Shown: positions 40,101-53,075, numbered from the stretch's first letter. The stretch: DNA of 58,916 bases from Hydrurus foetidus (GCA_900617105.1 UYFQ01000724.1:1-58916), one strand, 5' to 3'. The notes: generated from the letters alone by a model not told the origin. A program made the numbers and translations.

Positions 40101-41130
40101 ATGTTAAAAACACACTGGAACTACTGCATCAGTCGGAGACTATTACAGACACTATTGGTAATGTAGAAGATAACACCAGTAATGAGGATGGTGTTGAGCA
40201 TGTTTTTGAAAACTATAATGAAGAGATTATGATGACTGCTAATGAGAGTTTAATAATGAGGGTTTGTTAATGAATAATAAAGGTGAAGAAATGCATATTC
40301 CCATAGCTGGAGCTAATAACACTATTGGCGTCATTAATAATTTAACTTCTGACAATGAAGAATATTCTCAACATTTTATCTCTGACGAACGATGTAGACA
40401 CATTGAAAGATCAGTGACTGAAAACTCTATACCATCAAAATCTCCATCAGATGCTATACCAATTTATATCAGCATGCGCAGTAGAGTGAATAATTTCAAT
40501 GGAAGAATTTGAAGACTAAGGTAAAATGTTGAAAGACCGACTGAAAAGCAATTAACAGCATTTAGTATAGCTGTTCGTTATATAATTGGTAGAAGGATAG
40601 TCAAGTATTAATGTTTGTATCAGGTGAGGGTGCTAAAGGGGAGGTATTTTTAATTTCATGGAGTATGGAATTTGCTCAGCTACATCATGGGAAGGAATTG
40701 GAAATATATGGATCTACATTAGCTGTTTAACCAACAGGTGCAGCAGCAAATATCATCAATGGACTTACGTGGCAATTAGTCTATGATAAGGGTAAATTTT
40801 CATCTAGAGCGGATAAGGCCAATGACACCTATATTATGTTTGATCCCACCGCTAAAGCTGTTGGTAAAGAAGTATTTGGTGTTCAATTAATAGTACGAAA
40901 TTTCTTCGATAAATCTTGAAAATTAAAATGAATAGGTTTATAAAATCGATGTGCACACAGACATCAGATGAATCAATTAGAAACATTCATAAATCTAAGC
41001 CGACTGGGGATGTTCATATGCTATTCACCGGTGATTTCCATCAATTGAAGCCCATATTGCCTAAAACAATACATTGTATTTTTAATATGGGCTCTTTGAG
41101 CAGAAAATTTCACAAGTCATTCAGGTGAAG
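37150..41130 (+). pseudogene. Highly decayed Helitron Rep/PIF1-helicase gene
   Basis: Ordered motifs across stops and frameshifts: RPYEVYTALHWLK (about 37476), FASLYPYGRG (about 37925), RRFQQS, HUH motif YQARGTPHEH (38685-38714), NIQYIG...AAEYVAK (about 39250-39297), PTGAAANIINGLTW (about 40731), GDFHQLKPI (about 41030). Confidence 0.88.
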
Positions 41131-41254
41131 TAAAATTGATAGAAATGAGTATACAAGGATGTCCCAAAAGTTTATTCTTGATAAATAACCACTGGTATAC
41201 TATTTGGTTCATACTTAGTTTTTGTTATATTTTAATAATAAGATATGCTGTTTA

Positions 41255-41475
41255 GGCCGCTCCTTATGCGCACCGGTTTTCGGCAAAGTTGGAATCGGTT
41301 TTCAATTAAATTTCCGACTGACCCAAGGTTTTCCGATTTTTTCGATTTCCGACAGCGTTTCGATCGGATTTTTGGACGATTTTCCGACCGAAACGCTGTC
41401 GGAAATCGAAAATTGGAAATTTAATTGAAAACCGATTCCGACTTTGCCGATAACCGGCGCGCATAAGGAGCGGCC
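41255..41475. mobile_element. 221-bp MITE, PIF/Harbinger (Tourist-like) type
   Basis: Long TIRs GGCCGCTCCTTATGCGC...GCGCATAAGGAGCGGCC extending about 60 bp imperfectly; TTA duplicated at 41252-41254 and 41476-41478. Confidence 0.92.
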
Positions 41476-41734
41476 TTATGTATATACTATTTTGTTTTTT
41501 TTGTGAAGGTCGTTGTATATTGATTTATAGTCACTATGGAGGAAACACAATTATTCGATTAGCCACTGACTCAATCAGCTTCAATGGGGTTGGATGAACC
41601 GTGGACCCAGAAAATCCATTCACTGGAGGAGTCAAATTATATAGTTTGCGTGCATGGCTGACTTGCAGTTTGCAGTTTTTATGGGCGTTAGTCTGTGTGT
41701 CTGATTGTTTTTAATTTGTCCGTCTGTCTGGCGG

Positions 41735-41790
41735 TTTTTCTTTTCTTTTCTTTTCTTTTCTTTTCTTTTCTTTTCTTTTCTTTCTTTCTG
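41735..41790. repeat. (TTTTC)n microsatellite
   Basis: Directly visible. Confidence 0.9.
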
Positions 41791-42171
41791 TTTGTTTGTT
41801 CTATGTATGTCTGTAGCCTTTTTGTTAATCTGCTTAGCTGTCTTCTTCGTATCTGATGTTTCTTTTTCTGTAGAGTCTGTGATCATGAATTTTTGTCATT
41901 CTTCTGCTTGTTTGATTTTCCTCTTTTGCCACTCGATATTAAAAGCTCGCTATTGTGTTATCATCGTATTATGTATGTAATTTCCGAAATTATCATCGTA
42001 TAAACGATCACATATTTTCATGTTTAATGAAGATAAATCTTCAATGAAATGTTTTTACTTTAATACCAACCACGGGCACCTGGAGACCATCTGTAGACCC
42101 CTACGGCCCCCATCGCAGTATATAGGAAGATAAAACAAGAGGTTGCCCTCTGAAAATCAACTTTCGCTATG

Positions 42172-42990
42172 TTATTCCTCATATAAGTCCAGTAAATAAC
42201 ACTCATTAATGCAACGCACTCTCGACACCAAATTATCAATTGAAAATGGTTTCAGACCGCCTGCACATCCATTGTCATATATAGTTACATTCATGTTATC
42301 GTCTACCTCTACACCTACAGCATGGTCAGTCATGATGAATTTAGATTTCATCCAAGCATCTATTTTTTCTTCATCAGTAGTTCGTTCATGAATTAACTTT
42401 TGTAGAGATTTGTGTGATGGACTTTTATTAGAAGCAGCACCAAATAATATGTACTTACCCTTCTGGCAAAGATTTTTGGTCAACTGCTCTACATTCCATG
42501 ATGCATTGAATCCTAATTTCCTAAACTTGTATTTTATTAATCTACCAGAACTTTTATAGTGCCTTGTACTCACGTGTCTCAAGAACGTATGCACATCTGT
42601 CGAAGTTGTCCCTCTGACGGAGTATTTCCCTTCGCACCCAACAGCAGCCTTGAAAAGGTCTCTGACATCTTCTGATCCATTTATCTGTCAGAATGGAGTC
42701 TCGTTACTTATTACTTTCACACTACCTATGAGATTCAATGTATGTCAGGTGCTTACCGTTATTATATGGCGCTGCATGTCGTTGAGGATGCTGAACATTG
42801 CACTTAACATGCATAGATTTTCAGATGCTTTCCACTTAGTCGCAGCATCTCTTTGTGTGAATGCCTCTAGAATTGATATGTTTTTGATCCTTGAGACTTC
42901 AGTTCACCAGTCCATGAAGAGATCATTAACTTTGATCACAAGTGGCATCTTACCACTTAGTGAAGAGATGGGTCCGGCAACTTTGATCAT
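42172..42990 (-). CDS. Small spliced gene, putative papain-fold (Cys-His-Asp) peptidase-like protein
   Basis: Phase-0 intron 42685-42756 (GTAAGC...GACAG) joins ENLCMLSAMFSIL to the ORF containing GTTSTDV, GKYILFG, DHAVGVEV and TIYDNG; a second probable short intron would remove the TGA at 42904-42906. Confidence 0.5.
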
Positions 42991-43229
42991 CTACTGAGGC
43001 GCTTCGGATCCAGATATCTTTCTGTTAATAATCTGTGGAGAATAGCCTGTTTCAAAATGATGTTTGAGGTTGTGATCCACATTCAACTGTGCAAAATATT
43101 ACACTATATCTTGTCAACGTATTACAACGATCCTGTCCACGTATTGTCAAGATTTACACATCACGGAACATTGCATTGCATTGTGTCTTGATTCATATCA
43201 CAATGTAAAACAATCAATCTTTTTATTCT

Positions 43230-45626
43230 CTCCTACCTGGAAGAATATCTGAAACAACATGAGGTGGATTATTTTTCATGAAGTCGTTTTCCGTAACATC
43301 ATTTTCCGTAACATCATTCTCAGAGTAATCGGGCACTGCATCATCGGTTTCATTTTTCCTTTTATTCCTCTCCTCTACAATATCCGTAATTAAACTTTCG
43401 TTCATAGGAAGTACGGTTTTCGAAGTATCAGTTACTAACTCATCAGTTACTAACTCGTCAGTTACTAACTCTTCAGCAACTACGACATCCGTTATTTGTG
43501 GGACAGTAACACCAGCAGCCAACACTTCGTTTCTTTCCTGTTCATTTTCCTTCTGCTGACGAATTTCCCGTTCTCTCGCAAGTTCTGCGTTAAGAATGGT
43601 TGAAGATTTTTTAAGAACTTCGAAAAATGTTTTTGACCACTGAGAATCTCTCGTAACTTCCCGTATAACTTTTCCGTTAGTATTTTGATCCATAATATAT
43701 GGTTCACCGATTAGATTGTAGAGGAGAGAAAAGTCGCAATATGTCACTGTCTTCATGTGTGCGATGGGGTTTCGAATTATTCCTACGTCATTATTTATTA
43801 TTTCCATTTGTCTGCTCAATTTCCGAGGGCTGAAATGTTACAATTGAGGAAATATGTTAGTCAGTAAGGAAAAGAAATAAAGATGAGTGTTTGATGCGGG
43901 CAAATAACCACGAGAAGGGAAGGGAAGAGAAGACAAGAAATAGATGTGTGTGTAGTGTCAGCAAAGAATGTAAATATGTATGTATGGTTTAGGGGATGTG
44001 GAGAATTGGGGGAATCATAATGAGCGACGACATACAATGTTCTGGTGAGAAAAAACATCAACTGCACGATGCGTAACAAAACAATTACAATAATATGCCA
44101 CAAAATTTATCAAATCTATCTTAAAGAAGATTCAATCACAATATAAAAGATCATATCGAGAGATATGAGAAAAAATTAAAAAGAGAATGGCAGTAGGAGG
44201 CAAATAAACTGATAGAGAAGGGAACATAAAATAAATAAATAATGGAGGTAAATGACGAATAATCTCACAGAAAAAGGAGGAGTGAAAAAAGGATACTGAT
44301 GAAGGACTTACTCTATGACAGCTTCAAGAAAATATTTCATCTTTTTATCGACCCATCTACGCGCGGTGTTCCAATGCAATACCCCCTGATTTTTCTCAAT
44401 TTCACTGTCTTCGTTTACAGATATACCGTCATCCCACATGTAGAGCAGATACCGCTCAAACGACTCTTCAGAACGGCCATCAGCCAATTCATCCTCATCG
44501 TCATCATCTTCTTCTTCATCGTCATCGCTGGAGGAGGGGTGGTCACTGTTTGATACGACAGTCTCATTACCTTGCTCAGGAATATCAGCAAGTCTTTTCT
44601 GCAATTCCTTCGCTTCCTTCTTTTTTCTCTTTTTTTCCGCGATTTTTTCATCGTATTTTCTGTCGTACTCTTCCTGCTTTATTCTGTCTTCTTCCTCTTC
44701 CGTTTCGCTGTACTCTCCGTAGTCGGCTTTACGAAGGGGCTTGTTGTCACGGCGGTAATGGCGAGGTCTAGTCAAGTGCAATCTTCTTTTCTTACAGTAG
44801 TACTGGTGCTCGCCCCAGCGCATTCTACGCGACTCTTCTATCTCGAAGCGACATCTTTGTAGCGTCTAAAATGAAGATATAGAAGTAAATGATATCGACA
44901 TTAGTGATTTGTCATTTCTGTGTCGGATGTGACGTCAAAAAAGCATCTTGTATCAATTTATATTTTTATTCACAGTGTTTTATCTCTGCAAAGACTAGAG
45001 AAAGGAAGGAACAGCTTACAAAATAATCAGTGAACACATCAAGGGATTAGACTATTGTATGATGGTTATTATTCAAGAAAAATCAAATTTGAGTTAAAAA
45101 TAGTGTGAATGAATGTGAAAAAAAAGCTGGGCAGGATGTCACATCAAACAAATTCTCACTCGAAATTTGGTCTATTTGATTTTAGATCAATAAAACAAAA
45201 TCATATACATTACAGTAGGTGTATCACTTTTGACGTGAAGACTCAAGTCAATAAATCTGTAATGATAGACTAAAATCAGCAAAAATAGATGATATCAAAT
45301 ATTTGAGACGATTTGCAGACAAATGGAATGACGCAGTATATGATGACTCACTGTATAACTATACCGGAATAGAATAATCGGCTAAATTTGGCCGGATAAT
45401 AAAGTAAACTACCGGAGACTACTCACTACGAATAATTATAATACATAATATTGTTTTCGTTTTTACTGACCTTTGCTAGGTCTCCTTTGTATCTTGAAAA
45501 TAATTGCAGCGCCCTTTCTTCAGGCAAGAAATGGTAGCTGAGTCCGTCAATTGGTTCGCATTGATAAGAAATAACCGAATATTCCTGAGATGAAAAAATA
45601 AATAAAAATAAAAATAAAATGATAGA

Positions 45627-45661
<35 letters not shown>

Positions 45662-48600
45662 AAGATAGTAATAAAAATGAATATGTGATTGCATCTACAA
45701 AGTGTTCACATGTCTAATTTATTCTTTACATTTATGCGAAACATTATGAGACGGACGTGCGGTACAATAACACGATGTTATTGTAAATATTTGTGTCGCG
45801 TAACGAACACAAATGAGTAATGTCCGATATAATGTAAATGTGGCGTCTTTGCTTCAGGGCTAAAATTGATTGTTTTAAAGTACGGAAGTTGATTTCGCGT
45901 CATGTTGTGACTGCGACAATGTGCATTTGACTTGTAGAAATATTACACAATATTCACTCTACTACAGTAAATAGCACCACGTAACAATCATCAGATGACA
46001 GTAACATAATAATTAAACAGAAAAAGCTGATTGACAATTAGAAACACAAAAGCGAAAACAATTACATACCTCAGTCCCATCGAACACCATCAATTCCGCT
46101 AGATCGCCATCTAATTTGTTGAAAGTGCGGAAGTTCTTAGTGACGCAGACGAGTTTTGGTTTGACAGTCCCACTTTTTGGTCCTCTATTCGTCATACTTT
46201 CGAAATCGTCATCGTTTTCATTGTAATCAAAATCGGTGTAACGCGCCACAACTCCACCCCCTCTTTTCTTCACATCTGGCAGACTCGGTATTTTCATATC
46301 AATTATCTGAGAATAGTCCCAAACAATGTCTCCTTCCACGACGGATGCCAATTGCTCTGCTTTGAAATTATTCCAAAATGACTCAACAAGCGATTTATTT
46401 AGTTTGTCATTACACCACATGTGGGTGTGCATCGGATCGTCAGCAGGATCGTTCGCATCACCCTTCAATTCAAAAATAGAATTTAATTTGAAGTCAATAA
46501 TAATCTCACATTTTCAAGTTGATGCGATTTTGTAATTGAGTACATTAGTCTAAAAAGTTAAAAAAATAAGTTACATTCTGAACGTGCTAAATAAATGTGA
46601 TATAAAAGTAAGTAGTTAATTTAAAGTTATTTAATGATGAGTGAATTAAATTCAAATTTCAATTTGTTATAATGTGTAATTTAAAGTAACGTGAATCAAA
46701 ATATGTGGTAAGGGACGGTCGACTTGATCACAATTTGTTGAAAATTCTGTCACTACGTACATGTAAAATTTGTGGTGCAATTTTGGATATGCAGTTCTCA
46801 GCAAAATGCGTATCTGTTTCAGCCGCAATCGCTGAAATGAAAATACAGTGTTGCTAATATCTTATTCGTATCATATTGTGTACGTACATGATACGAATAT
46901 GATATTAGCAAACAGTGTATGCGATTTGAACGATAAAGGATAGGATTTGTATGAATGGCACTACAATCGAGCAGTCGTGCAAATGATGTTAGTATTCTCA
47001 ACAAGTTCACAAGATCACTGATATTCTCGAAATTACACCAGGAATCGTGTAAAAAACGAATACTAGCACAATTCCGTGATTCTCAGTGGTGCTATGTATT
47101 CGTTGAGCGCTCCATCACTGTCCTGTAAATCTCTCAATCGATATTGGACCATGTGTAAAGACTCGAGCATACTACAAACCCTTTCGGACAGTCAGATAAT
47201 TAGGAACACTTCCCACACCACACTATAACATACTATTTTTGTGTTTTTGATGATTTCATTTAGTAAGGTGTAGGGAGTCGAGTTGCGCCACATCAAATTC
47301 AATTCTAAATTATCTGACTTTTCGAAAGGATTCACTTCATACCAGAATCTTAATGAATACAATACCGCACATGCATCTCAAAGCAAAGGACCCACGCACT
47401 CACCTCATCTGACAGTTCTGAAATGTAGCCGTCGATGTAGTCGGAATGTCCCGGTATGCCCTTTATGATGTCTGCTTGAAATTCCCTTCCGATTCGTTTC
47501 TCAATAATTTCTGATGTCCTTACTTTGACATCAATTTCGTTTTCACCGTGTTCTTTTTCTTTAAAATAATGACGTTCTACAGGAATGTCAGAAAGGAAGT
47601 CTGACGTATGCTCATTAGATGCTGGTTCAGACACCACAATAACGTGCTTTTTAAGACCACTTGATTTCTCTGTTTCATCATTATCATCGGTAGAATTATT
47701 CTTGAAATTCTTCCTTCTGTTTTTTTTAGACTGCTGATTTATTTTTTTTCGTTCAATCACAAGGTCAGGAGTTCGAACGCCCCACAAAACCGGAACAGAT
47801 TTTGGTACGCGATTCGTCAGGAATAGTAGCTGATTCTCGATTTCCTTCTCACTCAGAACAACCGTATTACTTTCATTTTTTTTCGCTCTTTTTCTTCTAC
47901 TCTCGTGTGTTGATTTACTTCCTTTTGTTGTTGCTACTTCAACTTCAACTGGAGATTCGCCATCATTGATTTCTTCCACCTCCTCTACCACTACCTCGTT
48001 ACCCCCCATTTCCACATTATCATCATTGTCAAGTGCTTCGAATTGGTTTTTTAGATTTGAATTGTCAGGAGTTGAATCTGAATCTTTCTGTACGTTTACT
48101 CCCATTGCGATCTCTTTCACCTCTTCCATTTTGTCGACTGATAAGCTTACAGCAGCGTTACCACCATTTCGACTGGTTGTTAAATCAGAAGCATTTGGTG
48201 TAATTCTTGTGATATCATCACGAGTTGTGGTGTCAGTTGTATCTATTTCGTAATCGTTTTCAGAATAATCATTATAAATGTCATCCATGTCAACCTCACT
48301 TCGAATGTGAGTACTGTGCTTCCCTCCCTCCTTTTTATCATTGTTGATGTGCGTGTCGATTTCATTGTCGACAGTGTCATCGACTCCCCTGTACTTATCA
48401 TGAACGTATATCTCCTCGTTTTCATTTTCATTTTCGACTATACTTTTTGTTTCTTTTTCTTTTTCTTTTTCTTCGTGCCCTACGTCTTTCTCTTCATTAT
48501 CCATAAAAACATTTTTGCGTATTCGATCTTTTTTCGGTTCGTAATTAACAGCATCGTTAAGCATTTTTGGAGCAGATGAGACATTTGTGGGGATCGGATT

Positions 48601-50003
48601 ACACGCTGTGGTAAAATTTCTCGAAATTAGACCAGGGTTTATTCCAATTGTTTCAAGAACACTTACTAGATTCTGATCTTGTTTCCGCACAGCAAATGTA
48701 GGATTTGACAGCGGGGCTGCCAGTGTGAAGTAACATGAGAGAAAGGAAGGAAAGATTTAGGTGTCAAGTATTATGTGACGATGTGTGCTTTAAATGATGA
48801 TAATACATGGTAATATTACATTACGGTGATACACGATGATATGTTGTTCTGACGATGATTTAGAGGAAAATATGGAAGACATGAGACGCTGTAAAAAACG
48901 AATAAAGATGATTGACTGTCCCTAACAAAGCAGAATTCTTTCATTGAATATTGCAATACAAGACAGACAAACAATGTGTAACTTATCGTGCACTGCAACT
49001 ACGAGATAATGTGCAGGACAAAAACACAACGATTATCTTGATACACTAGAATTATGTATGGCATTGATTTACCATTTTGTGTGATGACTTCTGGATGGAA
49101 GCTGACTGATTGGCCTCGAACAGAAGAGGGACGGGAAGGAAGGTCAGCGCAAGGAACAATAGAGCCCTCTTTTCCAGGTACTGCGATGCCACTTATAATC
49201 TTCAGAGCACTCATATTTGTGTGGCTGTTCTCATTCACAGCACTAGATGTCGCACTCCTTTTCGATGTCGCTGGAGTTTCGTCAGCGTTCAGTTTCCTTT
49301 TCGATAAAGCAGGGTGCTGGGCAGAGATTTTCGTGTCGTTTGAAGCAGGTAAGCTAAGTTCAAACCATATGATCGGCTTGATCGGAATCATGTCCTCGTC
49401 TAGAGCTACTGATAACATGGAGCCTGCAGTGACAGTGATCAAATTGCAGTTTTTTTCGTCCAACTTCTCCAGCTTCACACTGATGATTGCACAAGTGTGC
49501 AACTCCATGTCACTACTAGCATATCTCTTACTCCGAGCAAGGCGATCTAGGCTCCTGAACGTCATCGTGTCAATATCCTTTTCGATGTAATAAAAGAAAC
49601 AGAGTTAGCAGCATGGTCATGATGTAGTCGATGTGACAGAGAAGGAAGTCTCACACAGACGAATATTCATCGCAACAGACTTACATTCTTATCGACATAA
49701 ATGATCACAGCCATAGCTGAGCTGCGATCTCTGGTGTCGGGCCCTGCATACTTCACGAAAAAAGCTGTGGAATTCAACACAGTCAACGACATTTCTACTG
49801 AACGACTGAGCAATTGCTAATTTTAGCTAGACTTCAAGGCACGTCCATTACTTCTGATTCCTTGAGGTGGCTGGCTGATTAGGATTGTGATCATGATCCC
49901 TCGCTCTTTCTATTCACTCTTCAGTGCACTTCTTCGGAATTCAGAGAGACGGATCTTGGGATGGAGAATTGAGATGATCGGATTACCCCCACATTCCACA
50001 CGC
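43230..50003 (-). repeat. Right arm of the inverted segmental duplication
   Basis: Reverse complement of 6181-14380 with indels. Confidence 0.97.
43237..49792 (-). CDS. Multi-exon gene, copy B (ELM2-like motif protein); lacks about 0.93 kb of the large exon present in copy A
   Basis: Same exons and splice sites as copy A; ATG at 49792; the exon at 44310-44865 is open without the TAA-containing segment. Confidence 0.6.
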
Positions 50004-50375
50004 ACAAAAGCACTAACCTTTTGTCCAAAAGTAAACGAGAAAGATTGAAATTGACAATCAGTTCAGACTCATGATACGACAGAAAGTTAACATTTTAGAG
50101 ACATCCACGCATCAGATGAGATTGGATTCTGAATCTCATCGATTACTTGGAAGTATTGCTGCATACCGCACCAATGCAATAAACCAAAAGAAAATGCGTA
50201 TCTCGGATTGAATGAAAGTTGTAGTGGATTCAAATAAAAAAGTTCAAAGATAACATAGGATATCAAAAATGAGAAAAAAGCAAAAAAAAACACGCGTAGG
50301 AATAAAAAAATAAAAAATGTAGAGTTAAAAATATCGCTATAAGGGTCATACATCGATGACCCTTGTACCAATTAC

Positions 50376-52163
50376 TTAGTTTCCGCATTTCTCCGCAATC
50401 GCTGCTAATGATGAATCTGTCAGTCGAGAGCAGTAAGCAGTACTGATTGATTGTAGCTGGCTGCATCCAGACATGAGACTGGCGACACCACTATCCGTCA
50501 TATTGCGAATACCGCTCATGTCTATCGAAGTCAATTCCTTGCATTTCTCACCTATCGCTTCTAATGATTCATCAGTAAGAAGAGAGCAATCTCGCATACT
50601 GATTGACTGTAGTTGGCTACACCCCTGGGTCAGACATATGATACCACTATCAGTTACGTCTGTCACCATAAATATATCGACGCTTGTCAGTCTCTTGCAT
50701 CTCTCTCCTATCACATTTAATGATGCATCTGTGAGTCGATTGCACCGTCTAATATTTATGGACAGAAGATTTGCGCAACCCTGAGTCAGTAGTTCGATCC
50801 CATCATCCGTCATGTTGTAATCGCAGCCAACATCTATGCTCGTCAAACCTCGACAAGAGACTCCAAGTGCCGCCAGTGATGCGTCAGTCAATAGGTAGCA
50901 AAATCCAATATTGATCGACTGTAAGTGGCTGCATCCCTGAGCGAGACTTGCAATGCCTGCATCTGTCATATTGTTGTTGTGCCTCATGTCAATTGAAGTC
51001 AGTCCCCGACACCCCCCACCAATTGTGACCAATGCTGCATCTGTCAGCAAATAGCAGCACCCAATATTGATAGAAAGCAAACTAGCGCATCCCTTGGATA
51101 GACATCCGATACCTGCATCTGTCATGTCGTTGTTCTCACTCACATCGATTGCAGTCAGTCCCCTACATCTTGCTCCTATCACCATCAATGATGCATCAGT
51201 GAGCTGAGAGCAGCACGCGCTATTCATTGAATTTAATTTACTGCATCCTTCAGTTAGGCGTGCGATACCCGAATCCGTCATGTTCTCAATCAGACTAATA
51301 TCAATTGCCACTAAACCCCTGCATGTCATCCCTATCGCTGCCAGTGCTGCATCTGTCAACTGCGAGCACCAAGAGATATTGACAGACTGCAGATTAATGC
51401 ATCCGATGGTTAGATATATAATACCGTCATCTGTAATGCTTTTGTTACTTCTGATATCGAACGCTGTGAGTCCCTTACAGTTCTTTCCTATCGCTGCTAG
51501 TGATGCATCTGTTAACAGAGAGCATTCTCCAATATCAATTGATTGCAGATGGTTGCACTTCTGCACGAGCAGATGGACACCAATGTCCTCGATCCCAATG
51601 CATTTACTGATATCGATCGAGGTCAGACCCCTACAGTGCTGACCAACTATTGCCAGCGACTCCCATGTTAGTCGTTTGCAATTCGCGAAGCCAATGTAGA
51701 GCAAATTTACACATCCTACGGCTATAGATCGGACACAAGTGTCACTTATCTCACAGCCGTCAGTAACTATTACGCTTGAAAGCTCTGGTAGACAAATGCC
51801 CTCAAATGTTGCGTCTGTTAAACGATACCCAGAGCCCTGAGCAACACGCATCGACGAAATTCGAACCCCTCTCTGTATCAACCATCTTATCCAGAATGGC
51901 GTGTGCAGCAGTCCCTTTGTAGGTTTCATATCGACAATGCTGCCTATAACTCGTAACCATGTTGATCTTGCAATTCGGTTGCTTTGATTCGCTGTGTCTA
52001 ATGCGACGACATCTGCAGATTGAAGCCACTCCAATATCAGAAAGAGACAGAGGTCATCGCACATACGATTGCTAGAGGTGGCCGATTCCATCTTTTCGAC
52101 TGCAGATGTTCTATCTATGATCTGAAGATGTTTGATACTTGCTATCATCGGACTAACAAGCAA
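50376..52163 (-). CDS. Cysteine-containing leucine-rich repeat protein (FBXL/AMN1-like), intronless
   Basis: About 17 26-aa repeats C..L.SIDI..C..LTD..L..I; degenerate F-box-like N-terminus (LILEWL...VVALDTA...R..WL). Confidence 0.92.
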   Translation of the reverse strand: MLVSPMIASIKHLQIIDRTSAVEKMESATSSNRMCDDLCLFLILEWLQSADVVALDTANQSNRIARSTWLRVIGSIVDMKPTKGLLHTPFWIRWLIQRGVRISSMRVAQGSGYRLTDATFEGICLPELSSVIVTDGCEISDTCVRSIAVGCVNLLYIGFANCKRLTWESLAIVGQHCRGLTSIDISKCIGIEDIGVHLLVQKCNHLQSIDIGECSLLTDASLAAIGKNCKGLTAFDIRSNKSITDDGIIYLTIGCINLQSVNISWCSQLTDAALAAIGMTCRGLVAIDISLIENMTDSGIARLTEGCSKLNSMNSACCSQLTDASLMVIGARCRGLTAIDVSENNDMTDAGIGCLSKGCASLLSINIGCCYLLTDAALVTIGGGCRGLTSIDMRHNNNMTDAGIASLAQGCSHLQSINIGFCYLLTDASLAALGVSCRGLTSIDVGCDYNMTDDGIELLTQGCANLLSINIRRCNRLTDASLNVIGERCKRLTSVDIFMVTDVTDSGIICLTQGCSQLQSISMRDCSLLTDESLEAIGEKCKELTSIDMSGIRNMTDSGVASLMSGCSQLQSISTAYCSRLTDSSLAAIAEKCGN

Positions 52164-53075
52164 GAACTCTTGTTTAGTGCGGCAGCATTGGCATTGCTGT
52201 GTCGGTTATAGCAAGGGGCGGTGAAAATACAGGACCCCAGAGTTTCGGTACCGTACTGTAAATGTCCAGTAGAAGTTAGAAGTTACAATGGACGCGGATG
52301 CATATCATATCTCCAGGTGTAAAGCTTATCACTGAAATGTAACTTAACAGTCTTTGTCATATCAAACTCATAATTCCATTTTCTCCACATTCAAAATTGG
52401 CGAAGTGCCAGAAGTGAATTATGGACAATATCCTGAAGTCTTCGTCTTTTCAACGATTTCACTGCATGTAAAAGTATTTTATTGGCAGTGATTCTGAAAA
52501 CCAAATCATTTCAAAAATGATAGGAGGGATAAATCCGACTTTAAATATCCCAAAATTGTGTTATTTGTTACCGACACCGCTTTTGGCGCGATACTCAAAT
52601 AGCTGAACTTGAAGCCTTCAAACGCAGCAACTAAGCACGTTTACATTCAACATTCATAACGGTATTTATTGAGTCCCTGTGGTCAACGTCTGAGTGGTAC
52701 AATTATATCAATACAATCATTTAATTTTTAAGTCACAAAAAAGAAGAGGTCAAAGTTCACCTTGCAAAGGCTAAAATGGAACACTCGCAATAATCTGTAC
52801 GTTTTCATATAAGGAATGATGATGATATCTAGTGGATTAATTGAAATCTAGAATTCCATAACTAAAATATAAGGTGAAAAGCAAATACTTCGTGGTCCTA
52901 AAATGTCAAATTTATCAGCCATTCCGGACATTTTTGTTGTTTATTTCTGTCTTCCGCATTTATACAGATCTGTTTTGCAGCATATAATAGTCACATAATT
53001 GAATGTATGAATACGCAATCTGCATAAATAATAAATCGACATTCTCCTGAATTCAATTTAATTGGTTTTACTGAT

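Noticed and set aside
41632..41980. Hydrophobic and Lys-rich ORFs
   Set aside because: Produced by the (TTTTC)n microsatellite
6181..50003. Polinton/Maverick or endogenous virus with terminal inverted repeats
   Set aside because: No pPolB, capsid, packaging ATPase or internal integrase; the arms are diverged spliced genes with no TSD
50376..52163. Link between the LRR 156-bp super-repeat and the 156-bp satellite unit
   Set aside because: No sequence similarity; the equal length is coincidental (2 x 26 codons)
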